The notes under the pieces: model-generated
What the model was told of the DNA's origin: nothing
The model's database searches: none
What the model saw: the letters and a program-made list of their open reading frames with translations, nothing else
Shown: in pieces, positions 10,209 through 19,759 of the stretch
Layout: each line of letters opens with the position of its first letter
Numbering within the stretch: position 1 is the first letter of the stretch
Program-made: the position numbers and the translations under genes
Source of the DNA: a bacterium
GTDB taxonomy: Bacteria; DRYD01
Direction: 5' to 3'
Assembly: GCA_039630415.1 (NCBI GenBank)
Contig: JBCNVB010000003.1
Location: 32,001 to 96,000 of the forward strand
Length of the DNA: 64,000 bases

Positions 10209-11069
10209 TCAAGGAAAAGCTAATTCTATGTCTTTCTCTATTTGCTTTACCATAGCTTTCAAGGTTTTAAAATTCTTTATTTTTCGGATGAATCGTAGTA
10301 ATTTTACTCTTATTGGTTGGTAGTATATGTTTTCGTTAAAATCTTTAATCCAAACTTCAATAGATATTTGGAAGTTATTAATAACTGGTCTAGGTCCTAC
10401 ATAAAGTAGACCTTCAAAAGTTTTGTTATGGAATTGGTTATTTAGGATTTCAACTTGTGATTTATATATTCCGAAGAATGGGATAACTTTATTAGGTGGT
10501 AAAAGAATGTTGGCTGTTGGGAACCCTATTTGCCTACCTATCTTTTGGCCCTCTATAACTATACCTGTTATAAAGTAAGGTCTTCCTAACATATGTTCTA
10601 CTTCTGATAATTTTTGGGGATGATTTGCAATTATATCTCTTATTAGGGAACTATGAACTATTCTTTTTTCAAAGTATACGGGTTTTTGAACTATCAATTC
10701 ATACTTGAATTTTTTTGATAGTTTTTGAAGAGTTTTTATGTTTCCTAAAGCTTTATATCCGAATCTGAAATCATATCCGACACATATAGTCTCAAAGTCA
10801 TACAGTTGCTTTAGGTATTTGATGAATTGTTCTGGCGACATATGGTGGATATTTTTAAAAATAAGGAAATCTACTTTCAATTGTGGAAATAAAGAGCTAA
10901 GTATTTCTTTTTTTTCCTGATTTGTTGTTAGTAAGCAGTTGTTGATTTTCTTTAGAAATACTTTAGGGCTAGTATCAAAAGTTACTAATATTCCTGGGTA
11001 AATATTCTGTATTAATTTTTGGTGTCCTATGTGGATGCCATCAAAAAAGCCTACGGTTACTTTGGACAT
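10209..11069 (-). CDS. ribF: Bifunctional riboflavin kinase/FAD synthetase
   Basis: GFFDGIHIGHQ, VGYDFRFG, SSLIR, GRQIGFPTAN. Confidence 0.95.
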   Translation of the reverse strand: MSKVTVGFFDGIHIGHQKLIQNIYPGILVTFDTSPKVFLKKINNCLLTTNQEKKEILSSLFPQLKVDFLIFKNIHHMSPEQFIKYLKQLYDFETICVGYDFRFGYKALGNIKTLQKLSKKFKYELIVQKPVYFEKRIVHSSLIRDIIANHPQKLSEVEHMLGRPYFITGIVIEGQKIGRQIGFPTANILLPPNKVIPFFGIYKSQVEILNNQFHNKTFEGLLYVGPRPVINNFQISIEVWIKDFNENIYYQPIRVKLLRFIRKIKNFKTLKAMVKQIEKDIELAFP

Positions 11070-11074
11070 TACTT

Positions 11075-12064
11075 TTAATATGGTTTGAGGACTTTTCTTA
11101 TTTTGAAATTGATACAGTCATCTGACTGACATATTGCTAAAATTTCTTTTCTTCTATCCTTTACGATGAAAATATTTTTATCATTGTAGATACCCTTTTT
11201 TTCAAGATGGATTATGTTTTGATTTGAGAAGCTATGACCATTTCTTACTTTGAATACTGTTTTATCGTTAACTATTACGTATGAAAAGTTTTCTAAAATG
11301 GTAGTTAGTGGAATTATTAGATCAGAGATATTTGGGGTTTGCTTTATTTCTTCGATAGTTACTGACTGGCTAAGTGTGAAATTATTAGAGTTTTTTCTTA
11401 CCAGGAATGAAAGTGTTAAGGGTATATTTATTTTTTGGCTTATGTCTTTGATTATTGATCTTACATATGTGCCTTGTGAGCATTCTATTTCTAGTTGTAT
11501 TCTATGGTGGTTATTAAAAAAGTAGTGGTCAAGTAGCTTGATGGAGTAAATATAAACTATGTTTGATTTTTGTTGAACTAGTTGTTGTTGTAGTTTTGGA
11601 GCTATTTGGTACATTCTTATTCCTTTAATTTTTTTAGCACTATAGGATGGGGCATATTGAGTGAATTTTCCTATATATTGTGGAAGTAAGTTTTCTATTT
11701 GTTTTACTATTTGTGAGGCTGTTTCAGGAGTGATATTTACTTGGTTAATTACTTTTCCTGATGTGTCTAGGGTATCTGTTTCTTTTCCGAGTATTATTTC
11801 GCAGCTATAGGTTTTGTGTTTACTGAGATAAGGGATTATTTTGGTAGCTTTATTTAAGAGGATTACAAGAATTCCTGCAGCGTTAGGGTCTAGGGTGCCG
11901 GTGTGTCCTGCTTTTTCTACCAGGTCTCCAACACTTTGTGTTTGTCTGTATATACGCCTTAGTTTTTGGTTTATTATGGTTTTTATTTTTTCTACGTACT
12001 GTGTTGATGTAAAGCCGGGTGATTTATTTACTACTATTGCTCCGTCTAGTGTTTCCTGGATCAC
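11075..12064 (-). CDS. truB: tRNA pseudouridine(55) synthase
   Basis: KAGHTGTLDP, KTY, TDTLD, CSQGTYVRS; adjacent to ribF. Confidence 0.95.
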   Translation of the reverse strand: MIQETLDGAIVVNKSPGFTSTQYVEKIKTIINQKLRRIYRQTQSVGDLVEKAGHTGTLDPNAAGILVILLNKATKIIPYLSKHKTYSCEIILGKETDTLDTSGKVINQVNITPETASQIVKQIENLLPQYIGKFTQYAPSYSAKKIKGIRMYQIAPKLQQQLVQQKSNIVYIYSIKLLDHYFFNNHHRIQLEIECSQGTYVRSIIKDISQKINIPLTLSFLVRKNSNNFTLSQSVTIEEIKQTPNISDLIIPLTTILENFSYVIVNDKTVFKVRNGHSFSNQNIIHLEKKGIYNDKNIFIVKDRRKEILAICQSDDCINFKIRKVLKPY

Positions 12065-12086
12065 ATGTATATAATTCTATGTTGAT

Positions 12087-12461
12087 CTATCTTTTACCTG
12101 TGAAGGCGAAGACCATTTTATATCCTTTGGTAAGTCTATCTACAACGATATTTATAGCTTTTCCGAAGGATACATTTTTGATGTAGTTATTGTGAAGGAA
12201 AACGTATGGATCTATCGGGAAGTTTTCTCTTAAGAATTGGAGGAATTTTTGACCTGCTGGTGATAGTACTGCTACATCTCTTGAAAACGGAGATTTTTCT
12301 GCACTTTTTATGTGTGCAAGAATTAGTGGGTCTATTTCTTCTATTTCTTCTGTTTGCTCTACTTGTCTTGAAAAGTAAGTTTCACGTGCTAACTGTTGAG
12401 TGTAGGTATTAAGGATGGTATCTCTACCTATGTTTTGGTTATCCAAGGTTACCCCTCCCAA
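12087..12461 (-). CDS. Hypothetical protein
   Basis: 124-aa ORF co-oriented between murC and truB; no recognisable motif; start uncertain. Confidence 0.6.
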   Translation of the reverse strand: MGGVTLDNQNIGRDTILNTYTQQLARETYFSRQVEQTEEIEEIDPLILAHIKSAEKSPFSRDVAVLSPAGQKFLQFLRENFPIDPYVFLHNNYIKNVSFGKAINIVVDRLTKGYKMVFAFTGKR

Positions 12462-12520
12462 CTAAATTTACTCTAATTAAAAACTTTTGCCAAATTTTTT
12501 AAATAAATGTGAAAAAAAAG

Positions 12521-14026
12521 TTAAAAAACTGTAAAATTAGGGCTTAGAGCATATTCTTCGGCGAACTTGTGAGCCAGCTTAGTTACACTACCTGCTCCAA
12601 TGAAAACTATTATAGTATCTTTCGACTCACTTTCAGAAAGGGAAACTAATTTTTTTAAGTAATCGATTGTATTTTCAAAACTTTCCAAGTATGTTATCTG
12701 TTTTATATTGTTTTTAGAGGATTTTATAACTTGAGTTAGGTTTTTTGAATTTATATTGGGAATAGGGGCTTCTCCTGCTTCATATATCGGTAGAATAATC
12801 AAGTAATCAAGGTTAAAGAAGGAATATTTTAGTTTGTCCCAGAACATCATAGTTCGGGTATATCTATGAGGCTGAAACACAGCTATTCTTTTGTAATTTT
12901 TGTAGACTTTGTTTAGATTTGATATTAGGGATTTTATCTTTTTAGGGTTATGTGCATAGTCATCTGTTATGATTAGTCTTGAATTTTTTATTTTGGTATT
13001 TAGCAGTATTTCGAACCTTCTTTTAGGAAGTGGTAAGGTTTGTGAGATTTGATTTAATTCTCGTAATTTTTTTATATCTTCTGTTAGTGTTAAAATAATT
13101 GATGCAGCTGCTGTATAGTTAAGAGCATTATATGAACCTATTGATCCTAGTTTTGCTTTACCTATTAGTTCTTGTTTGTTTTTATAAGTTATTTTGAGAT
13201 CAAATTCTATAAAAGGGTAACCATTAATTTGGCATTGTTTAAGATTGTCGAAATACAAAAAAATGTGGTTATTTGGGGGATTATTTTCAGGGTTTGTTCC
13301 GAATACTGCTGCAACCTCAAAACCATTTTCCTTTATGAATTTGTTCAAAGATTTTTCTTCTGATATTATTAGTTTCCCTTTTGCTGATTGGATTTTATTT
13401 ATGAAGTTTTTATAGATTTCTTTTAATTTTGAAGGTAATTTATTTAGGGGTGTATTTTGAAAGGCTTTAGAGTTTAGGTTAATATCAACTGCTAGATCTG
13501 TAATTAATCCGATATAAACAGGGTAATTTAGTAAGGTACCGTCTGATTCATCTGCTTCAAGAACTACTGTATCTGAGTTGTTCCATAGAGTATTTGAATT
13601 TATTTGATCTATCCATCCTCCTGTGATTAAGCAGGTTTGTATATTTATTTGATTCATTCCTATTCCTGTTAGGGTGGTAGTGGTTGTTTTACCTGAGCTT
13701 CCTGTAATAGCTATTACTTTTTTATCTTTGAGTATTTGATTTAGAAATTCTGAGCGATGGAGAATGGGGATTTGTAGTTGTTGAGCTTTTCTATATTCTT
13801 CATTATTTTTGTCTATAGCAGAGGAATATACAAATAAATCTATGTCTGGGGTGATGTTTGATTCTTTTTGTCCTATTATGATTTGTGTACCCATTTTTTG
13901 TAGTTGATTTGTTATGTATGATTGTTGAATATCACTTCCTATGACTATATTTCCTTGTTTAAGGGCTATTTGAGCTAGTGCGCTCATTCCTATTCCGCCT
14001 ATACCACTGAAATATATCTTCTTCAT
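12521..14026 (-). CDS. murC: UDP-N-acetylmuramate--L-alanine ligase
   Basis: GIGGIGMSALA, GSSGKTTT, EADESDG, DDYAHNP, FQPHRYTRT. Confidence 0.95.
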   Translation of the reverse strand: MKKIYFSGIGGIGMSALAQIALKQGNIVIGSDIQQSYITNQLQKMGTQIIIGQKESNITPDIDLFVYSSAIDKNNEEYRKAQQLQIPILHRSEFLNQILKDKKVIAITGSSGKTTTTTLTGIGMNQINIQTCLITGGWIDQINSNTLWNNSDTVVLEADESDGTLLNYPVYIGLITDLAVDINLNSKAFQNTPLNKLPSKLKEIYKNFINKIQSAKGKLIISEEKSLNKFIKENGFEVAAVFGTNPENNPPNNHIFLYFDNLKQCQINGYPFIEFDLKITYKNKQELIGKAKLGSIGSYNALNYTAAASIILTLTEDIKKLRELNQISQTLPLPKRRFEILLNTKIKNSRLIITDDYAHNPKKIKSLISNLNKVYKNYKRIAVFQPHRYTRTMMFWDKLKYSFFNLDYLIILPIYEAGEAPIPNINSKNLTQVIKSSKNNIKQITYLESFENTIDYLKKLVSLSESESKDTIIVFIGAGSVTKLAHKFAEEYALSPNFTVF

Positions 14027-14031
14027 TATCC

Positions 14032-15765
14032 TTAATCTAGATTTCTACTTGATTTTGTTATGTACAAGTGAATTCCTCTTGCTATTGCGGAAGCTATTTT
14101 ATCTAGATTTTGAAAGGATTTAAGTTTAATAGCATCATTGTAATTACTTATAAAACCTATTTCTAGTAGTACTGATGGAAGTGGATTTCTTCTTAGTACA
14201 TAGAAGTTTGCTGTTCTTATACCTTTATCATCGAAGATATTAGTTTTAGCTATTTCTTGATGTATGTAGTAAGCCAGTGGATAATCTATATCTTTGTTGT
14301 AGAAAGTTATGAGTCCATTTGCAAAGGAATAAGTTGAAGCGTTTATATGTACTGAAACAAATATACTTGCTTTATTTTTTATTCCTACATTTACTCTAGC
14401 CTGAAGTTCTTCTGAATCTATTGCGCTGCCAGTTAGTTCATAATCTCCATATCGTGTTAGTATTACTTTATATCCCATATCCGATAGCTTTTGCTGTGTA
14501 AGTTGAGATATTTTTAGGGTAATGTCTTTTTCTTCTAGACTTAGTGAATGGTTAACAGCTCCAGAGTCTCTTCCTCCATGGCCAGGATCTATTACTATAA
14601 CCTTACCCGTAAAATTTATTGGACTAAAATCATCCTCCAGGATATTATCACTTTTCTCTTTTACTAGAAAACTTATTAGTTTACCAGTATTTGATATCAG
14701 ATCCAGGGATGTATTTATTTTTACATTTGGTTTAGGTGTTATTACGATTCTAGTAATTGGTACCGGATTAAGTTGGTTTTGAGCATATTTGACACTATCT
14801 ACTACATCAGAAGTTATGTGTATTTCATTTGAAGAAACAGTTAATATAGTATTATATAAGTCTATATACCATTTACCATTATCCAGTCTATTTATGGAAT
14901 AGTTTATTGGTTTATCGAGGCTTATAAGGATTGACAGGTTTGAGCCTGAAACTTGGGGTGTTATCTGGTATATCTTTACTTGTTCTTCCTCTTTTGTTTG
15001 ATAGTCAAGTTTTGAAGTTTTAGCATACAGTTCAGGTATTCTATCGGAGAATACCATTTGAAGTTGGTTAGGAAGTATTCTAGCTAAAGTTTTTACTTTT
15101 TGACCAGGTTTGAGTTCAACTACTACTCTCACTATCGCGGGTAATTGATTGAATTGTGAAACTCTAATTTGATAAATATACTCGTTTGAGGAGAGTATTT
15201 TTTGTCTCACTATGTGTGGTGATAAAACGCAATCTTCTAAATCTACTACAAATCTCAGGGGATTATTTAAGTAAAAGTTTTTCTGAATCTTTATTTCTTT
15301 AGCCCCATTTATCACTAAGCTATCCTGTGAAACTGATATTTCTTTTATTTGTGGATAAAAATATATTTTTCCTTTTTCGTAATCATATATTGGTGATATT
15401 CCTATGTGATCTTGAATTGATGAGTAGGGTATGTAGATTTTTTCTTCATAGACTAAAGGTATAAACTTAGCTTTGAATTTAGGCATATCATTTGAAACAA
15501 TTAAACAATCTAAAATTTTTTCACTCGTGTCTTTATTTATCGTTACATACCAATCTAGAAATCCAAATGATTTCATTAAAGTTATGAAATCTTCTTGGGA
15601 GAAGTATATTTCTCTATCAGTTATTATTGGACCTTCTTTAAAGGGGATTGCTTTATTTTTATAGATAAATTGTATTTTTTGGATGGGTTCTGCTTTTGTT
15701 AGGGGGTGAAAAAGGAATAAGAGCAGTATTAAAATAAAAAGTATGCCCCTCATCTTTTTCACCAC
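14032..15765 (-). CDS. N-acetylmuramoyl-L-alanine amidase (Amidase_3) with AMIN domains
   Basis: Signal peptide; NPLRFVVDL and IRVSQF..VRVVVEL AMIN motifs; IDPGHGGRD, EKDITL, SVHINA, LLEIGFISN. Confidence 0.92.
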   Translation of the reverse strand: MVKKMRGILFILILLLFLFHPLTKAEPIQKIQFIYKNKAIPFKEGPIITDREIYFSQEDFITLMKSFGFLDWYVTINKDTSEKILDCLIVSNDMPKFKAKFIPLVYEEKIYIPYSSIQDHIGISPIYDYEKGKIYFYPQIKEISVSQDSLVINGAKEIKIQKNFYLNNPLRFVVDLEDCVLSPHIVRQKILSSNEYIYQIRVSQFNQLPAIVRVVVELKPGQKVKTLARILPNQLQMVFSDRIPELYAKTSKLDYQTKEEEQVKIYQITPQVSGSNLSILISLDKPINYSINRLDNGKWYIDLYNTILTVSSNEIHITSDVVDSVKYAQNQLNPVPITRIVITPKPNVKINTSLDLISNTGKLISFLVKEKSDNILEDDFSPINFTGKVIVIDPGHGGRDSGAVNHSLSLEEKDITLKISQLTQQKLSDMGYKVILTRYGDYELTGSAIDSEELQARVNVGIKNKASIFVSVHINASTYSFANGLITFYNKDIDYPLAYYIHQEIAKTNIFDDKGIRTANFYVLRRNPLPSVLLEIGFISNYNDAIKLKSFQNLDKIASAIARGIHLYITKSSRNLD

Positions 15766-15879
15766 CTTTGCCCTTATCTTATTTTTTAAATTCTACCTCT
15801 CAATCTTTCCTACCTTGTTTTAATAAAAATTTTACATACTTTTTACACTTTTTTAAACAAAATTGAAAATAGTATAAGC

Positions 15880-16416
15880 ATGAGGAACATAGATAGCAAA
15901 TTTGAGATAATAAATCAAAGGTTGGCTGATATTAGCCAACGAATAGAACAAAAAACTAACCTTGATGAAAGGTTCTCATCAATATTCAGTAACTCAATAA
16001 AAGAGCCAGAAAAGAAACAGGATACTACTAGCTCACTCGATGAACTACTAAAAAGCATAAGAAACGATCCAAACAATAGTATACTAAACTCTGTTAGTAA
16101 AGATACAATCATAGAATTCAGGGGATTCAAAATGAAAGCAGAAGTTGCAGCAAGATTCATAGAACTAGAAAAGATGATAAAGCAACATTTTCCTGGTAGA
16201 GAAATAATAATAACTTCTGGAATGGATGGAAAACACATGCCTAACAGTGCCCACTATCGAGGAGAAGCACTAGATTTCGTAGTGGAACCTTTAACTATTG
16301 AAGAATCCAAGATAGTTGAAAAACTATGTGAAAAAGCAGGATTCAAAGTCTACAATGAATACATCTACGATAGTCCTTACAAAACAGGACCCCACATGCA
16401 CATACAACTACCTTAG
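15880..16416 (+). CDS. Peptidase M15/Hedgehog-like zinc domain protein
   Basis: ITSG..H..NSAHYRGEALDF and HMHIQ match the SxHxxGxAxD and HxH ligands of the LAS/M15 fold. Confidence 0.65.
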   Translation: MRNIDSKFEIINQRLADISQRIEQKTNLDERFSSIFSNSIKEPEKKQDTTSSLDELLKSIRNDPNNSILNSVSKDTIIEFRGFKMKAEVAARFIELEKMIKQHFPGREIIITSGMDGKHMPNSAHYRGEALDFVVEPLTIEESKIVEKLCEKAGFKVYNEYIYDSPYKTGPHMHIQLP

Positions 16417-16450
16417 TATCTATAACCTAGCATCTATAACCATAGCATCT
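16414..16450. repeat. Short tandem repeat, 14-bp unit, about 2.5 copies
   Basis: TAGTATCTATAACC TAGCATCTATAACC ATAGCATCT. Confidence 0.7.
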
Positions 16451-16468
16451 TTTAAACTATAGTTAAAG

Positions 16469-16507
16469 AAAAAAATAGAGGCTAGGATAATAAAACCCCA
16501 GCCCCTA
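16469..16507 (-). terminator. Intrinsic terminator of the pilin array
   Basis: Minus strand TAGGGGCTGGG/CCTAGCCTCTA 11-bp stem (two G-U pairs) followed by T7, 12 nt after the last pilin stop. Confidence 0.8.
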
Positions 16508-16519
16508 GAGTTATGTATG

Positions 16520-17119
16520 TTATCTTATACCCTGTAGTAAGATATACATAGATACGTTTGTAGCTGTGTAGGCTGCTGTGGTTATGCCTGACAATGATGC
16601 TGCGTTTGCGTTCCCACCTACTATTAAACCTGTGTTGTTAACTCCATCGTCCATATCTGTGTCTATTTTGGTTAAACTACTTGCTGATATAGCATTCGCA
16701 CCACCAACTGTAGGATTAAGAACTTCTAAGCCAATTCCTCTTACAAAGTTATATCCTGCTTGTCCAGCGAAGTTAAATCCAGCTGCAGCAGTTTGGACAA
16801 TAATTCTGTAGTTAGTTTTCCAAGGGCTGGCTTCAGTCCATGTTGCGGTGGTGCTTGGAGAAGGTCTTTCTATATACGGACCTCTCCAGTTGGCATTAGT
16901 AGGACCGTTGTTTACTAAATCGTTCCAAGTGTCCGGAAATATGTTTAAATCATTGTAGTACAGTAGAACTGCAGTTTTTAAAGAACGTATTTCTCCTATC
17001 ATTCTACTTATTCTTGAATCTTCTACTCTGTTTGTTATGAATGGCAGTAAGATAGCTGCTAGAATAATTATGATTGCTATTACTACCAGCAACTCTATTA
17101 AGGTAAATCCTCTTTTCAT
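16520..17119 (-). CDS. GspG-like type IV (pseudo)pilin, paralog 5 in transcription order
   Basis: MKRG|FTLIELL class III signal; WRGPY and SPWKTNY motifs. Confidence 0.9.
   Translation of the reverse strand: MKRGFTLIELLVVIAIIIILAAILLPFITNRVEDSRISRMIGEIRSLKTAVLLYYNDLNIFPDTWNDLVNNGPTNANWRGPYIERPSPSTTATWTEASPWKTNYRIIVQTAAAGFNFAGQAGYNFVRGIGLEVLNPTVGGANAISASSLTKIDTDMDDGVNNTGLIVGGNANAASLSGITTAAYTATNVSMYILLQGIR
16797..16933. repeat. 137-bp exact repeat, copy A (copy B at 17461-17597)
   Basis: Base-by-base identity from ACAATAATTCTGTAG to CCAAGTGTC in two neighbouring pilin genes. Confidence 0.9.
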
Positions 17120-17174
17120 TTCTTAGCTTCCCCCCCTTTTTATAATTTCCTTTGATTTGTAAAAAACACGGTTT

Positions 17175-17783
17175 TTACCTTATACCTTGAAGAAGTACAT
17201 ATACTGAAGCATTGACAGTAGTATATGCTGTTGGTGCTATAGTAGATAAGCTTGCAGCGTTTGCTGTACCTCCTACAATTAATCCTGTTGTAGCTGTTCC
17301 GTTATCCATTTCTGTATCTATTCTATTTAGGCTTGATGGTGGTATTCTATTCAAACCACTGCCTGTTGGGGTTTCCGGATTTGTTATTTCTAATCCTATT
17401 CCTCTTACAAATTGAAATGATGCTTGTCCAGCAAAGTTAAATCCTGCTGTAGCAGTTTGAACAATAATTCTGTAGTTAGTTTTCCAAGGGCTGGCTTCAG
17501 TCCATGTTGCGGTGGTGCTTGGAGAAGGTCTTTCTATATACGGACCTCTCCAGTTGGCATTAGTAGGACCGTTGTTTACTAAATCGTTCCAAGTGTCTGG
17601 AAATATGTTTAAATCATTATAGTACAAAATAGCTGCAGTTTTTAAGGAACGTATTTCTCCTGCCATTCTACTTACTCTCGAGTCTTCTATTCTGTTTGTT
17701 ATGAAGGGTAGTAAGATGGTTGCTAGAACAATTATGATTGCTATTACTACCAGCAACTCTATTAAAGTAAATCCTTTTTTCAT
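17175..17783 (-). CDS. GspG-like type IV (pseudo)pilin, paralog 4
   Basis: MKKG|FTLIELL; WRGPY; AGGAGGT RBS. Confidence 0.9.
   Translation of the reverse strand: MKKGFTLIELLVVIAIIIVLATILLPFITNRIEDSRVSRMAGEIRSLKTAAILYYNDLNIFPDTWNDLVNNGPTNANWRGPYIERPSPSTTATWTEASPWKTNYRIIVQTATAGFNFAGQASFQFVRGIGLEITNPETPTGSGLNRIPPSSLNRIDTEMDNGTATTGLIVGGTANAASLSTIAPTAYTTVNASVYVLLQGIR
17461..17597. repeat. 137-bp exact repeat, copy B
   Basis: Identical to 16797-16933. Confidence 0.9.
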
Positions 17784-17831
17784 TCACCCTACCTCCTTTC
17801 TCTAACAATATTTTTGTAATTTCCTCATTTT

Positions 17832-18440
17832 TTATCTTATTCCCTGAAGGAGAATGTAAACTGAAGCGTCTGGGAGATTATAACCTGTTGCTGATATGTT
17901 TGAAAGACTACTACCATTTGGTTTTCTGCCTACGATTAATCCTTTTACATCTGACCCATCATCGATTTGATCATCTATTTTGTTTAGGCTCGATGGTGAG
18001 ATTCTATTCATACCACTACCTGTTGGAGTTTCTGGATTTGTTATTTCCAATCCTATTCCTTTTACAAAAACAAACTCTGGTTGTCCTGCGAAGTAAAATC
18101 CTGCTGGATCAGTTGTTACTAACAAAATGTAGTTAGTTTTCCATGGGCTGGCCTCAGTCCATACTTCAGTAGAGCTTGGAGAGGGTTTTTCGATGTAAGG
18201 TCCTCTCCACCTCGGATTACTAGGACTGTTATTAACTAAATCATTCCAAGTATTTGGAAATACATTTAGATCATTATAGTACAAAATGGTTGCAGTTTTT
18301 AAAGAACGTGTTTCTCCTCTCATTCTAGCTATTTTTGAATCTTCTACTCTATTTGTTATGAATGGTAATAGGATAGCTGCTAATATGATTATAAATGCTA
18401 TTACTATCAATAATTCTGTAAGAACGAAACCTTTTTTCAT
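17832..18440 (-). CDS. GspG-like type IV (pseudo)pilin, paralog 3
   Basis: MKKG|FVLTELL; WRGPY; SPWKTNY. Confidence 0.88.
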   Translation of the reverse strand: MKKGFVLTELLIVIAFIIILAAILLPFITNRVEDSKIARMRGETRSLKTATILYYNDLNVFPNTWNDLVNNSPSNPRWRGPYIEKPSPSSTEVWTEASPWKTNYILLVTTDPAGFYFAGQPEFVFVKGIGLEITNPETPTGSGMNRISPSSLNKIDDQIDDGSDVKGLIVGRKPNGSSLSNISATGYNLPDASVYILLQGIR

Positions 18441-18484
18441 CTTATTTGTACCGTATCCTTTGTGTGGGGTTTCCCATAGATTTT

Positions 18485-19102
18485 TTATCTTATACCTTGT
18501 AGGAGAATATAAACTGAAGCGTTTACTGTACTATAGGATGCTGGTGCTATAGCAGATAAACTTGTAGCGTTTGCTGCTCCTCCTATGATTAATCCTGATG
18601 TAGCTGATCCATTATCCATTTCTGTATCTATTTTGTTCAAACTATTTGTTGATATTACGTTAACACCACTGCCAGGTGGAGTTTCTGGATTTGTAACTTC
18701 CAATCCTATTCCTCTCGTAAAATTGAACGCTGCTTGACCTGCAAAGTTGAATCCTGCTGCGTTATCTTGGACGATTATTCTGTAGTTTGTTTTCCATGGA
18801 CTTGCTTGGTTCCATGTAGCAGTAGTGGTTGGAGGAATTTTTTCTATATATGGGCCTCTCCAGTTGGCATTCGTAGGACCATTAGAAACTAGATCATCCC
18901 AAGTATTTGGGAATATACTCAAATCATTATAGTATAGTAAAACTGCAGTTTTTAGTGATCTTATTTCTTCTATCATCCTGCTTATTCTTGAATCTTCTAC
19001 ACGATTGATCAAGTATGGTAGTAGTATTGCTGCTAGAATAATTATGATAGCTACTACTACTAGCAGTTCTATTAGAGTAAACCCTTGTTTTTGGTTTTTC
19101 AT
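18485..19102 (-). CDS. GspG-like type IV (pseudo)pilin, paralog 2
   Basis: KQG|FTLIELL; WRGPY; AGGAGGT RBS. Confidence 0.9.
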   Translation of the reverse strand: MKNQKQGFTLIELLVVVAIIIILAAILLPYLINRVEDSRISRMIEEIRSLKTAVLLYYNDLSIFPNTWDDLVSNGPTNANWRGPYIEKIPPTTTATWNQASPWKTNYRIIVQDNAAGFNFAGQAAFNFTRGIGLEVTNPETPPGSGVNVISTNSLNKIDTEMDNGSATSGLIIGGAANATSLSAIAPASYSTVNASVYILLQGIR

Positions 19103-19132
19103 ACGATTTACCTCCTTGACATTTTTGTATTT

Positions 19133-19759
19133 TTAATAGGTATAGATTAGTACATACATGGATTTGGAAGTGCCAACATAATTTTGTCCAGATATCCCTT
19201 GTATATTATTATTTGTTACGAAGGGATTTTGGTTGGGATTTGCTTCTAGGGCCATTCCTGTTCCAGCATGATTATTGTCTATATCCTGATCTATTTTTTG
19301 TAGTGATAGTGGTATTATAGCTGGGCCACCACCTACAAGTGGATTTGTTATTTCTATTGCTACTGCATTTCTGAAAGGATATAGGTTGGTAGTGGTTGCG
19401 AATCTGTGGTCTTGGTTTGCCGATAGCAATGTTATTAGCCTGTAGTCTGTTTTCCAAGGTGAAGCTGAGGACCATATTGCTCCTGTACTTCCTGGAACTC
19501 TTGCTAAGTATGGACCTCGCCAGCCGTTACCTGTTGGTGTTACAAAGTGATTCCATGCTGATGGTAGGCTTGTTGTATCATTGAAGAACATAGCACATGC
19601 GTTTTTCAATGCTAAAATGTCTTGCTCGATTTTGGATATCCTACTATCTTCTACTTGTTTTGCAACGTATGGTAAAAGCGCTGCTAGTAGAATGCTAATA
19701 GCTATTATAACAACTACCACCTCTATTACAGTAAACCCTCTTTTTTTTCTCATTTTCAT
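19133..19759 (-). CDS. GspG-like type IV (pseudo)pilin, paralog 1 (most divergent)
   Basis: KKRG|FTVIEVV; WRGPYL; SPWKTDY. Confidence 0.88.
   Translation of the reverse strand: MKMRKKRGFTVIEVVVVIIAISILLAALLPYVAKQVEDSRISKIEQDILALKNACAMFFNDTTSLPSAWNHFVTPTGNGWRGPYLARVPGSTGAIWSSASPWKTDYRLITLLSANQDHRFATTTNLYPFRNAVAIEITNPLVGGGPAIIPLSLQKIDQDIDNNHAGTGMALEANPNQNPFVTNNNIQGISGQNYVGTSKSMYVLIYTY

Noticed and set aside
16414-16450. 14-bp tandem repeat as iteron or mini-CRISPR
   Set aside because: Only about 2.5 adjacent copies without spacers, between convergent genes; likely slippage.
16520-19759. Pilin repeats as a diversity-generating retroelement or invertase shufflon
   Set aside because: No reverse transcriptase or recombinase in the window, differences are not adenine-specific, and all copies are co-oriented without flanking inverted sites.
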